DNA from: Raja brachyura
Lineage: Eukaryota
DNA length: 64,000 bases
Direction: 5' to 3'
Assembly (NCBI GenBank): GCA_963514005.1
Contig: OY740789.1
Coordinates: forward strand, 21,514,001-21,578,000
In this document: piece by piece, positions 38,251 through 50,470 of the stretch
Layout of the letters: each line of letters opens with the position of its first letter
Position numbering within the stretch: the first letter of the stretch is position 1
The notes under the pieces: model-generated
What the model was told of the DNA's origin: nothing
Databases searched by the model: none
The model's input: the letters and a program-made list of their open reading frames with translations, nothing else
Translations under genes and position numbers: made by a program

Positions 38251-40103
38251 TAATATCAAGGGGGGTAGTTAGCGTGTGTGCGGGGTGGTAGTTAGTGTGT
38301 ATGACGCCACATGCTGCCCCCCCCCCCCCCGCAACTGTGCTCTATCCCCTCCCATCTCTCTCACCCCTCCTCCCCCACCCTCCCCCCTCACCCTCCCTCC
38401 CTCACCCACCCTCCCTCTCCTCCTCCCCCTCTACCTCTGTCTCTGCCCCTTTCTCTTTCTCTCTCCCCATTCTCTCTCTGCTCAAAGATTTTTGCCCTTT
38501 GATTCCATGGTCCGCCCAAAACCATATGCTCAAACGCCACCATTTTTTCCACTTCGCTAGCGATTTCGCTTGTACATTCACGGATTTACTCCTCATTACA
38601 TTTAGACATTTTTATGTACACATTTTTTAATAAAATACCCCCCCCACACTCATTTAAAAATCGAAACGTCACCTCACGAGCTGCTTACGTCACAATCCCA
38701 CATGCCGACCAATCCCAAGCCACTTCTCTCCTCCCCCACCCTCTCTCTCCCCCTCCTCCCTCTCCCTCACCCGTTTCCCCTACCCCTCTCTCCCTCTTCC
38801 ACCACTCCCCCTCCCCCTCCCTCTCCCACTTCCATCACTCCCCATACACCTCTCCCCCTCCCTCCCCACTCTATCACTTCTCTCTCCCCACCCCCCACCC
38901 CTCCCCATCGCCCTCCCCACCCCTCTTTCTCTCCCCTCCCTTCCCTCTCCCTCCCCACTCTTCCCCCTCTCTCCGCGCTCCCCTCCCTCCCCACACTTCC
39001 CCCTCCCCTCTACCACTCTCCCCTCCTTCCACACTCTTCCCTCTCTCTCCCCCTACCCCTCTCCGTACCCCTCTCCCCCTCCCTCCACACTCTTCCCCGT
39101 CTCTCCCCTTCCCCCTCTCCTTCCTCCCTCCCCTCCCACCTCCCCCCCTCCTCCCTCTCTCCCCTTCCCCCACCCTCCCCCCTCCCCACCCCCTCTCGCA
39201 CTTGGTCTAGTATACTTTTAAAATACTGTGTGTATGGGTGTATGGCGTTTTGCATTTGATTTGTTACTCCGCGCAAACCACACGCAAAAACACCGACAAT
39301 CTTTTCCATTTCGTTAGCGATTTTACTTTTACATTCGCACATCCACTCCTTGGTCAATTATTTCCCCAGATTTTGAGGAAAATTGATCACAAAACTCAAG
39401 CAAAACTCAAATTTTAAAATCTAAACGGCACTCACCATCTGCTGACGTAACAATGGCCACATGCCGACCAATCCAGACCCACAGATCGTGGGGCAGTGAC
39501 TCCTCACGCGCTGAATTTCTCCACATAAGTTCTCTCTGGAGCGCACCCCTCCTATCCCCTGCGTGCTCCAGAGAGTCAGAAGCCACAGCTAGACTCCCAC
39601 GCCCGCCAGCCCGCTCACTCCAACACCCCCCCCCCCCCCCCCGTTCTCAAAATGCTCTGCAGATAGGGAGAAGAGATAAGGCGCTGGTGGGCGGGGTAAA
39701 GGCCGGACGCTGTCATCGCACTTTCAATCCTGCCCCCGCACGCCCATGTGTCTCTCTCTCTGTGCCTCTCTCTGTGTTTGCCTCTCTCTGTGCGTGCCTC
39801 TCTCTGTATCATTCTCTGTGGGCCTCCATGTCCCTCTCTGTGGGCCTCCGCGTCCCTCTCTGTGTGCCTCCGTGTCCCTCTCTGTGTGCCTCCATGTCCC
39901 TCTCTGTGGGCCTCCGTGTCCCTCTCTGTGTGCCTCCGCGTCCCTCTCTGTGTGCCTCCGTGTCCCCTCTCTGTGTGCCTCCGCGTCCCTCTCTGTGGGC
40001 CTCCGTGTCCCTCTCTGGGTGCCTCCGCGTCCCTCTCTGTGCCTCCGCGTTCCTCTCTGTGCCTCTGTGTCTCTCTCTGTGCCTTCCCCCATTGATATTA
40101 TAT
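38251..40103. mobile_element. Cluster of putative non-autonomous Helitron-like repeats with C/T low-complexity interiors
   Basis: CTTGGTCTAG-T (CTRR-type end) at ~39201-39211; two diverged direct copies of a ~210-bp core (38511-38722, 39268-39482); TAATATCAA-GGGG ends in opposite orientation at 38251 and ~40100. Confidence 0.5.
39818..40060. repeat. 22-bp minisatellite G(G/T)GCCTCCRYGTCCCTCTCTGT, about 11 units
   Basis: Directly visible tandem units. Confidence 0.9.
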
Positions 40104-40247
40104 NNNNNNNNNNNNNNNNNNNNNNNNNNNNNNNNNNNNNNNNNNNNNNNNNNNNNNNNNNNNNNNNNNNNNNNNNNNNNNNNNNNNNNNNNNNNNNNNN
40201 NNNNNNNNNNNNNNNNNNNNNNNNNNNNNNNNNNNNNNNNNNNNNNN
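40104..40247. other. Assembly gap (N run)
   Basis: Run of N. Confidence 1.
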
Positions 40248-40924
40248 GAATGAGGACAGAGATCGGTGATTGGAGGAGGGAGACATCCGTTGAGCAAAGA
40301 TCATAGAGTGGAGCTTGAATTGCATGCCCAGGTCATAGGTCACAAGCGAAAAACACTCTTGGCACCCCTGGACACAGACCTGCGCCTCAACCGCAGCCAG
40401 GATCGATCCCAGGTCTCCGGCGCTGCAATCGCTGCCGAACTGCCACTGGACCATCCCTGTCCCCACATGAATGACCCCCTCCCCCACATGCCCGGGGATG
40501 GCCAGAGACGTCGGGAGTCAGACGGGAGCAGTGCCCTCAGGCCCACAGCCAATGCAGAGAAGCAACGCTAAATCCAGCTCAATATCCCGCCAGGTTAACC
40601 TACATCCTTCCCTGGACTTACTGGAACAACGGCCCAGGCTTACGGCCAGCGCAGAGAAGCAGCGCTAGCTCCATGGCTCCGGACTGGTGTCCCGTCGGTC
40701 TAGGCAGAGCTGTAGGTTAACCCGGAAAGACAGGTAGAGTTGAGCTGGATTTAGCGCTGCTTCTCCGCACTGGCCGCAAGCCTGGGTCGTTGTTCCTGTA
40801 ATGACCGTCCACAGGGCCACGGCTGAAGCCTCCGAAGCCTCGCGTTTGTGTGTGTGAGTGAGTGTACGCACAGGCGCGCGACCGCCAAGAAATCGAGTCC
40901 CCCCGGTCCCCCCCATGTTTTGAT

Positions 40925-41165
40925 AGCGATTTCCATGCTGATTTTTACCACAGAGCGGTGGGCGCCTGGAACGATCTGCCAAGGGTGGTCGTGGAGGCAG
41001 ACATGACAGTGGTATTCACAAGATTTTTAGATAGGCAGATGGATATGCAGGGATATGAAAGAATATGAATCACAGGCAGAGAAGATTGGTTTAACATGGT
41101 ATCATGTTCGGCAAAGACATAGTGGCCTAAAGGGTCTATTGCTGTGCTGTACTGTTCGATGATCT
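40925..41165 (+). mobile_element. Old CR1 3' end
   Basis: RAVGAWNDLPRVVVEADMTVVFTRFLDRQMDMQGYE. Confidence 0.75.
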
Positions 41166-41425
41166 ATTTCCCAAGATCTCAGTAAGAAGAAATCGTGACA
41201 CATGGTATCAGGAGTGTTGATCAATGAAACTTCAGGTCCTTTTAATTTTTTTTTGCAATGTAGCAGAAGAGTACATGGTAGGTTTGACAAAAGAGAAATC
41301 ACATTTGCCAAATCTAATAGGACCTCTTTCTTAGGGAACTATTTTTAAGACAGTGTTGTATAGATAAGAGTGGGAAAAAAAAGTAAAATGTCCAAGATGA
41401 AACATTAAAAGAGGAACGGAATGTA

Positions 41426-41943
41426 CAGTGGACCCTTGATTAACCAGCAGTTGATTTACTGGCTCGCAGGTTAACCATGCAATATTTCCAAGGCCTACGT
41501 TAACAGAATTAAAAATCTGCCTTAGAAATTCTTTTAGAGAATGAATAAAGCAATAGTAAAATTGTGTTAACTACACATAGAAAGCAGTAATAATGTTGGA
41601 TCAATTAAAAATGTATGTTAAAAGATGATTAATCCTTCATATATATTGAAATTTATTTATACAATATTATATTCCACATCCATGTTGTGCTGTAAATACA
41701 TATCTACAGATTCTAGTAAACAAAAGCACAGTTTAAACCATTGAAAGAAACTTGGGAGTGCTTGAGAAGCTAGATAAACATAGAACAACAAACTCAAATT
41801 AGCGTGATTACTTTAAACATACCATAATGTGCAACGTTTGACATAGTTTAAAATTGTTTTCCTTTACACCCTCTTTTTTCTTAATTATTCATGGAGGGTA
41901 AATAGGTGCTCCTTGATAATGCTGGATGATTGAAAATTGACCG
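41426..41943 (+). mobile_element. Possible ancient pogo/Tigger-type DNA transposon remnant
   Basis: TA-CAGTGGACCCTTGATTAACC start, and a decayed KSTV*TIERNLGVLEKLDK helix-turn-helix-like start at ~41722-41778. Confidence 0.4.
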
Positions 41944-43584
41944 TACATTCAAGATGGCTAACAATAGAAAACTAGATATGAATGTAAGTTCCAACCAAAT
42001 TATACATTCCATTATCTGTGACACTCTCCCAAATTATCACCAAGAAAATGATTTATAATTAATAGAAAACCAGTCACAGAAATGCCTTAGTACTAATGAA
42101 AATTTTAAATCATGTGAAATTGCAAAAACCTTCACATCACATTAAAACAGAAGTAAGCAATTCAGCAACTTACACCTGCTTCACAATTCGTTATCAAAAT
42201 GGACTTTTCCTGCAGTACCTCAAAATTCCACGATTCCCTTACATCCAAACATCTACAGTATTAGTCTTGAATATATTCGCTCTACTCTAGAGTGGAGAAT
42301 TACAGATCCCATACCCATTGGGTAAAAACCATAATCTCAGTCCTAAATATTTGACCCCTTATTATCTCATCATCCCTGCAATTAATCTGTCAGGCCCAGT
42401 ATGAATTTTGTAAATTTCAACGAGTTTACAAGAGTGAGAGATTATCTCAAGATAATGTGGGCCAGTCTATGCAATCATTTCTCACAGGAAAATCAACCCC
42501 ACCCCCCACCTCCTCCCCATACTTAGAATCAAACTGATGAACTTTCACTCTCCTCCTTTTATCAAAAGTGTATAATTCATTGCTTTGGAAGATACACAAT
42601 TTTCCAGATACCATCTCATCATGGCCAAGTATAATTTCGAATTATCTGGTAAGAAAGGTAAACATTCAATCCATGATTGCCATACTCATGTGCTTGGAGA
42701 CAAATCTCATCTCTAAATTTGTAAATAGCTGCAGGTCACCAGATAAATATATTTCCTTTGTATCCTTTCTAGGTTCTTGAAAAAACAGAACTAATAATGA
42801 ACATTACAACTCCTTAAAAAAAATGCCAAGAAAAGCAAACATATTAGATGCACAAATAAGCAAAAGGTGGTATGCCTTCACATGTGCTAAACGAACCAAC
42901 ACATGTCACCTTTTACGGCTTTTTAATTTCTTTGAGAAGCAGGAATCCATAATTTTCCAGAAATTTTTTGTAAAGTGGAAAAACAATTGTTACACAGAAA
43001 GACAATATTTTATGCTGTCAATAATGCTCCAAAAACTGTGTAAAGATTTTCTAAATGTTCAGGATTTTCTGTGATTAATGATTACCATGTGCAAAAGGAA
43101 AGAGTGAATTATAAGTAAACCTTTATATTAAACTTGTGTAACTGAGTAATATTATAAAATGCACAAATCAGAAAACTCAGATGAAAATTACGTATATGGA
43201 CATAAAAACAATTCAATTGCCTTCTGGGACACTGTATTCATCTTCCAATTGTTAATTCATAATCAATAATATCAAACACTTTGAAATAAAGCGATAAAAG
43301 CAAGAATAAAAGACTACCAAAACGAACTCAAATATTTACTATACTTCCTCATCCTGATAAAAAAGACCCGAGTCCTTGTAGCAAATAAATTATGCAAAAG
43401 AATTGCACCAAAAGCAGTACCAAATCAAAAATATATCAGGCCGATTACTTTCCAAACTCGGTAGGTGATCTTATGCCATTTTAAATACAGCCTGAATGGT
43501 ACACGTTTTATAAACTTGTTGCAACTGCAATTTCATACATTGTAGTTCACTTTAGATGTTAGGGAAATTGAATTTGTAACCTAC

Positions 43585-43658
43585 CTGAGAAGATAGACAG
43601 CCCTTTCAATATCATTGAGCTCTTCGTCGACTGTCAATCTTTCTATTTCTTCTGGCGT
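43585..43658 (-). CDS. PPP4R4: PPP4R4 second coding exon (TPEEIERLTVDEELNDIERAVYLLS), 74 bp
   Basis: TTTTAG acceptor and AG|GTAGGT donor (phase 2); near-identical to recalled human TPEEIERLTVDEDLSDIERAVYLLS and in frame with the previous exon. Confidence 0.96.
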
Positions 43659-44915
43659 CTAAAAATATAAATTTATATTAAAAAACTTATTGAAGTGGAA
43701 CAGCTAGATGGTTATTAAACAAATGTCAGATAAAATAAACTGCAATGGAAATTTTCATTTTTTACAATTGTTGTTACTGAAATGTATAGATAAGTATATA
43801 GAATAGTTTCTGCATTGGGAATTGATTGTTTTCTTAATGAAGAATTTAGTTAATCTGAATTGTCAGGAGTGAACACAGTTCTGACTATCTATTTATTTAA
43901 ACAGATGCTTCACCAGGAAAAAGTAATTTAACTTTAACATCAGTAAGGTAAATCGTCAATTAAATATAGCATCACAGCTAAAGCTAAAATATAAGTCCAG
44001 AAAAAGTGTAGAGGAACACCAACTGCCACCAATAAATTCAGCCCTTTCACTACTGATCTATTAATAACTAAACATAGAAAACATTGAGAAACGTTATTGC
44101 TATTGGTACAGAAACACTCGCGCTTCCCACATAATTTATCCACAACAAAATATACAGGTTGCAAGGACATTTTGAAAGGCATTTTAAGATAATAGCTGTT
44201 AAAAAAACAACTATACCCATCTGACAGGTTAAACATTACACTAACTGACAAGAGATGGCCAAAGGACATAACTGCAGCAAATGTTATTTTGGCAATATGT
44301 TTAAAGGTGTCAAAACGCCACATTACCGGACATTCAGATTAGATGTATGTGTTGTGAACAGCAATGAAGATACCCAGTTTGTAGGCACCAGATTTTTTTT
44401 AAAAATATTGATAAACGCTGTTTCCATCATTCCCACTTCAGAATTAACGTTAACATTTCAACTTAAATATCTCCTGACCAAATTCGTGATGTATATGACC
44501 GACTGTAGAAGTAAAACCTGGATAAATCCAACATATAGTTGCTCATTAAATAACTACAGTACAGATATTCCACATAAAAAGCATTGATTTGCAGTTAAAA
44601 TTAATTCTATAATAACGTGTCAAATGTAGCAGTGATAATCGAACACTGCGGTTTTAATGTTTCACGTCTTCACAATTTAATTAATTAATCTTTATGGATT
44701 AAAACAAATAATAACATTGGGATTGCATTCCGTTATCAAATAGTCAACGTTCGCTCTGAAGACATTTCCAGCGCAGTAGGGTCAGGAAGCCAGTACGTTG
44801 CAACTGGACCATTCGTTTATTTGCTTCGTGCAATCGCGACAGCAGAGCACAGCGTATCGTCTGCAATAAAAGCTATTACAAATATGATTTATTATCCCCT
44901 GTCTAAAGTACATAC

Positions 44916-45008
44916 CTTCAGGTATCTCCGCACGGGTCTTTCAATGAAACTAAGTTCCTGCAAATCTTCTATTTGACCGAACAGATTCTCCTGGTTGAAA
45001 TCCATCAT
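44916..45008 (-). CDS. PPP4R4: Protein phosphatase 4 regulatory subunit 4, first coding exon (MMDFNQENLFGQIEDLQELSFIERPVRRYLK)
   Basis: My translation matches the recalled human N-terminus MDFSQNSLFGYMEDLQELTIIERPVRRSLK. It has 31 codons and a phase-0 donor AAG|GTATGT; a possible acceptor TTCAG lies at 45019-45023. Head-to-head with DDX24 as in human 14q32. Confidence 0.95.
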
Positions 45009-45039
45009 TTTGTAACGGCTGAACAGCAGCGTGTGAGGA

Positions 45040-45660
45040 GGAGGTGGTGGGAAGAGGGGGATTGATAGATGGGGGGGGGGGGGGGGGGGGGGTGAGAAGG
45101 CAATCAGTGCGGGATGGGTGGATTGTGGCAGGGGAATTAGTGCGTGTCGGTTGTAGTAGGTAAAATTGTGAGGGGAGAGCGCGGGGTGGGGGGGGGGGGT
45201 GTCAGTGCGGGTTGAATGGGGGGTTCAGTACTGGATGGGGGGTTCAGTACAGGATGGATGGAGGGGGGGGCACAGGATGGATGGGGCGGATCAGTGCAGG
45301 ATGAATGGGAGGGGGGGGGGTGTCTGAATGGATTGGGAGATCAGTGCAGGATGAATGGAAGGGATCAGTACGGGATGAATGGGGGGGGCAGTGCAGGATG
45401 GATGGGAAGGGGGGGTCAGTACAGGATGAATGGGGGGAGGAGTACAGGATGGATGGGGGGTGGCAGGAGAATTAATGCGAGGTGGATAGGGAGATCAGTG
45501 CGGGATGAATAGATGGGGGGGAGATGGGGAGGGGAGCACAGGGGATGTCAGTGAGGATTGAATAGAGGCGGGAATGGGGGTCAGTGCGGGATGGAGAGGA
45601 GGGGTCCCAGGATAAGGGGGTTTGAGGGGGCGTACAAGAGAGAGGGGGGGGGGGGGAGAA
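45040..45660. repeat. G-rich degenerate tandem repeat (TCAGTRCRGGATGRATG-Gn)
   Basis: More than ten variable units separated by G runs. Confidence 0.85.
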
Positions 45661-46160
45661 GGAAGGTTAGCGCTCCTCGGACAACACCGGCATCATCGCT
45701 GCCTTGGCCGTCTCTGTCCACCGCCAAGTGCTGCCGCCAAAGGGGGAGGCAGTTGGGGATCTCCTCGCCGCCGCCTCCCCTCCTCCGCCAGCCAACAGGA
45801 AGGTGCGGGGCCGAGCGGTGCAGGTGCTTCACACGGCGGAAGGGGGCCTCCCCCTCCCTCCCTCCTCCCGGCCACGGCGTGCGGGAGGGTTTGTTTTGAA
45901 AGCGGTTATCGCGGTTGGCGGAGTGGCAGGCAGCGGCCGCTGTGAGGGCGGGGAGCGGGAGGTGGAGGAGGTGGAGCCGCCGCCGCCGTCGCCGCCGCTG
46001 CTGCTGTGCGGGGCCCGTCATTCGCTCCGACCCTTCGTCACCCCGCACTACAGCCGTTGCCCCGGCAACCGCGGCCTACAGCGAGCGCCGGCCCACAAAC
46101 CTCCCCGCGCCCATGCGGCGCGCTCTACCCCCCTTCACTGCAAATTTGCAGCCCTCGCAT
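45660..46160 (-). promoter_or_regulatory. PPP4R4: CpG island / probable PPP4R4 promoter and 5' UTR
   Basis: Very GC- and CpG-rich unique segment with GCC/GCT triplet runs (~45975-46007), 0.65-1.15 kb upstream of the PPP4R4 ATG. Confidence 0.75.
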
Positions 46161-46164
46161 CGAG

Positions 46165-48820
46165 GATAGACACACAATGTTGGAGTAACTCCGCATCTCT
46201 GGAGGGAAGGAATAGGTGGCGTTTCGGGTCCAGCCCCTTATTCAGACTGCACCCTTGCATCCCCTCTCTCTCCGTCCACCCTCCACTGTCAGAGTGAATG
46301 AAGCCCAACGTAAGTTGGGCGACAGCACCTCATATTTCTCTTGGGCAACTTACAACCCAGCGGTATTAATTTTGATTTCTCTAAGTTTAAGTAACCATTG
46401 CATCCCCTATCTCGCCGCTCACCCTCCACTGTCAGAGTGAATGAAGCCCAGCGTAAATTGGGGAACCGCGCTGGGACAGGGTCCATATTCCGCTTGGGCA
46501 ACTTACAACCCAGCGGTATGTGTTGGTTGGGATCACTGGTCGGCGTGGACAAGGTGGGCCGAAGGGACTGTTTCCGCGCTGTATTTCTAAACTAAACACT
46601 AAACTAAAGTATGAATATTGATTTCTCTAATTTCAAGTAACCCTTGCATTCCCTCTCTCTCCGTCCATTCTCTCCACTGCCAGAGTGAAGCCCAAGGTCA
46701 ATTGGAGGAACAGCAGCTCATATTTCGCTCGGGCAGCTTATACCCCAGCGGTATGAATGAAGAAGGGTCTCGACCTGAAATGTCACCTATTCCTTTTCTC
46801 CTGAGATGCTGCCTAACCCGCTGACTTACTCCATATCTATACAGCGGTATGAACATTGATTTATCTAACTTCAAGTAACCATTGCTTTTCCCCTCGCTCC
46901 GCCCCTCCCCTCCCCTCCCAGTGCACCGAATAGACAATAGGTGCAGGAGTAGGCCATTCGGCCCTTCGAGCCAGCACTACCATTCAATGTGGTCATGGTT
47001 GATCATCCCCAATCAGTACCCCGTTCCTGCCTTCTCCCCATATCTCCTGACCCCGCTATCTTTAAGAGCCCTATGAAGCTCTCTCTGGGAAGTATCCAGA
47101 GAACCTGCCTCCACCGCCCTCCGAGGCAGATAATTCCACAGACTCACCACTCTCTGTGAAAAAGTGTTTCCTCGTCTCCGTTCTAAATGGCTTGCCCCTT
47201 ATTCTTAAACTGTGGCCCCTGGTTCTGGTTCGTTTCACTGATTGAAACATGTTACTGATAGTTCGCCTCGTTGTCATCTTCCCCTCAGCTAACAATGATC
47301 TTTCCTTGACCATAGTTCCCTTTGATCTGAGTTCTCACATCTTAACATTCCATATCTCTATGTCTCCCTCTCAGTCTGAAGAAGGGTCTAGACCCAAACG
47401 TCACCCATGCATTCTCTCCGGAGATACAGCCTGTCCCGCTGATTTTTCCAGCATTTGGTGTCTATCTTCGGTTTACCGCCCTAGATAGATAGAAGGAGAG
47501 GAATGGATGACGTGTCGGGTCGAGACCCTCCAAAGATGTTGCCTGAGTAATTCCAGCATTTTGTGTTCATTGTTGGCTGAGGGAAGGTGACAACGAGGCA
47601 TGCAAACATTAACATTAATCAGGACGGCAGTAAAACTAGTCGGAGAATAGGATGGAGGACCAATTCCTTCTCTTCAGAGACGCCGCCTGTCCCGTTGAGT
47701 TACTTCAGCATTTTGTGTCTATCTTCAGTGTAAACCAGCATCTGCAGTTCCTTCCTACACATCTCCCCCCCATCCTGGTCGTCATACCTGCTGAGTTTCA
47801 TTGATTGTATAACTCGTTATCACCGAACCCGCTGCCAACAATGGACCATGTATGTAGGAAGGAACTGCAGATGCTAGTTTACACCGAAGATGGACACAAA
47901 ATGCTGGAATAACTCAATGGGACATCTCCGGAGAAGAAGGATCTCGGCCGGAAAGGTCACCCATTCCTTCTCACAAACCATGGGCCATTGCGGGCTCCAC
48001 CCTTCCTTGATCATCGTTACTTTGTTGTGTAACTTTCATTCATTTGTTCTGTATTTCTCTATATCGCCGTCTATATATTTAATTTCCCTTTCCCCTGACT
48101 CTCAGTCTGAAGAAGGGTCTCGATCCGAAACGTAATCTATTCATTTTCTCCAGAAATGCTGCCTGACCGGCTGAGTTCTCCAGCGTATTGTGTCTATCTG
48201 TGGTATAAACCAGTATCTGCAGTTCCTTTTTCCAGAGATGCTGCCTGACCTGCTAAGTTACACCAGCTTTTTGTGCCTATCTTCTTTTTAAACCAGCATC
48301 TGCAGTTCCTTCCTACACCTAACCATTTATTTATTTTTATTTATTTCTATCTCCGTTCGCTTCTGCATTTGAAACAAACAAAAAATAACCAGGTCGTCAC
48401 CGTAGCGCGCTTGCATGTTAAAAAATCACAGTGGCTTGCGTCAGTGCGGTGCGTGGGACGGGATCCCACAGCGTGGGCTGCAGTTCTACGATGACGACCG
48501 GCTGCGGGCAACGCTTACGAGCAACATTATTCGGCCACGGATTCCCTATTTGAACCAATGGGCGCAATAATAACACTGGAAAAAATACTGCATCAAATTT
48601 ACTGCTATCAGAGTGCAAGTTTTGGATCTCCGGAATATGAATAGCTGGAGGGCTAATGGAAATTGAATGTATTTGTTTCTCCTGAAGAAGGGTCTAGACC
48701 CGAAACGTCACTTATTTATTCCTTTCCTCCGGAGATGCTGCCTGACCCGCTGAGTTACACCGTTTTTTTTGTGTCTATCTTCGGTATAAACCAGTATCTG
48801 CAGTTCCTTCCCACACTGTT
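46165..48820. mobile_element. Dense cluster of Penelope-derived fragments, with a CR1 3' end (46929-47229, minus) and a SINE tail (~46525-46608)
   Basis: Repeated EAQRKLEEQxLIFRLGxLxPSGMNIDFSNFK coding ends and many GATGCTGCCTGACCCGCTGAGTTACTCCAGCA pLTR pieces in both orientations. Confidence 0.85.
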
Positions 48821-49774
48821 TGATGGGGGTCAAGTTTATTGATGGGGGTCAAGTTTCACGGTTCTTTGCAGTTTTTGGAAGTTACCCGAATAATCATGGA
48901 AAAACTACCGCTCGGCATTCAAACCCAGTTTATCCAGTGTCATATTATTAAAACATGCAATCCCTGGCAACATCCTGGTATCCTCTTCAGAGTAATTACA
49001 TCCTTCACATTGCATGATCACCAGAACTTCCAGCATTTGCCGAAGCAAAGTTTTTAAATGACCTTCTTCTCTGCCCTACCTAATGAAAGTAAGAATCCTC
49101 TAAAATAAAGGGATTAAATTTAATCTGGCAGGGGCCAGGGATTCAGGACTGAAATGAGAATCTTTGAATTTTCTAAAATTTCTACTCAAAGTATCAGAAG
49201 ACTTTCGAATATTAAGACAATCAGGGGGTCAGTGCAGGAAAGTGGCACTAAGACAACAGATCGGCAGTGATCTTTCTTATGAACAAACGCAAGGGGCTAA
49301 GCAGCCTCTACTTCTGTTTCTCGTGTCTTCTCCAACACATTCACTTCTTTCTTGTACTATGGTGATCGGAACTGTATGCAATACTCAAACTTTGGCCTGA
49401 TTACAGTTGTATACTGTGCCAGCATAATTTACCTGCACATACTGTTTTTATCTTGCCATGGCTAATTAAAGAAAGCATTATGACTACACTTTTTACAATT
49501 TTGTTGGCTTGTCCTTCTATCTTTCATTTGTGAACATTTACTCCCCTTGTTCCTCCACACTACTTAATCACACACCACACCATTAAGTATATGTTTACTT
49601 GCCTACGTGTTGACTGCTATCAGCCACGCCTCATCGTACAGATGTCTTGGCATTCAAGTACTTGAGTACAAATGTTAGAAGAGCTCCTGAGCAGTAGTCC
49701 AGAGCCATAATTCCCTTTGTATGTATAGTTTAGTTTATTATTATCACGTGGGTTTTCTCCGAGATCTTCGGTTT

Positions 49775-50470
49775 CAAGTTCAAGTTCAAGTGAGTTTATT
49801 GGCATGTGTCCCTGATAGGACAATGACATTCGTGCTTTGCTTCAGCACAACAGAACATAGTAGGCATGGACTACAAAACAGATCAGTGTGTCCATATACC
49901 ATTATATAAATATATACACACATGAATAAATAAACTGATAAAGTGCAAATAACAGATAATGGGTTATTAATGGTTACACAAAAAGCTGGAGAAACTCAGC
50001 GGGTGCAGCAGCATCTAAGGAGCGAAGGAGATAGGTGACGTTTCGGGTCGAGACCCTTCTTCATGTTCAGAGTTTTGTCCGAGCCAGGTTTAATAGCCTG
50101 ATGGCTGTGGGGAAGTAGCTATTCCTGAAGCTGGTCGTTGCAGTCTTCAGGCTCCTGTACTTTCTACCTGAAGGTAGCAGGAAGATGAGTGTGTGGCCAG
50201 GATGGTGTGGGTCTTTGATGATACTGCCAGCCTTTTTGAGGCAGCGACTGCGGTAAATCCCCTCGATGGAAGGAAGGTCAGAGCCGATGATGGACTGGGC
50301 AGTGCTTACTACTTTTTGTAGTCTTTTCCTCTCCAGGGTGCTCAAGTTGCCGAACCAAGCCACGATGCAACCGGTCAGCAAGCTCTCACTGTGCACCTGT
50401 AGAAGTTAGAGAGAGTCCTCCTTGACAAACCGACTTTCCGTAATCTTCTCAGGAAGTAGAGGCGCTGATG
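49775..50470 (-). mobile_element. Rex1/Babar LINE 3' end containing a nested PLE fragment (~49973-50063)
   Basis: QRLYFLRRLRKVGLSRRTLSNFYRCTV...FPTAIRLLN; (TTGAAC)n tail. Confidence 0.9.

Noticed and set aside
39818-40060. Regular repeats as a CRISPR-like array
   Set aside because: Head-to-tail units without unique spacers, in a vertebrate context with no cas genes.
38276-40306. Long Pro/Ser/Leu- or Gly/Glu/Arg-rich ORFs
   Set aside because: Artefacts of C/T low-complexity sequence, the 22-bp minisatellite and N gaps.
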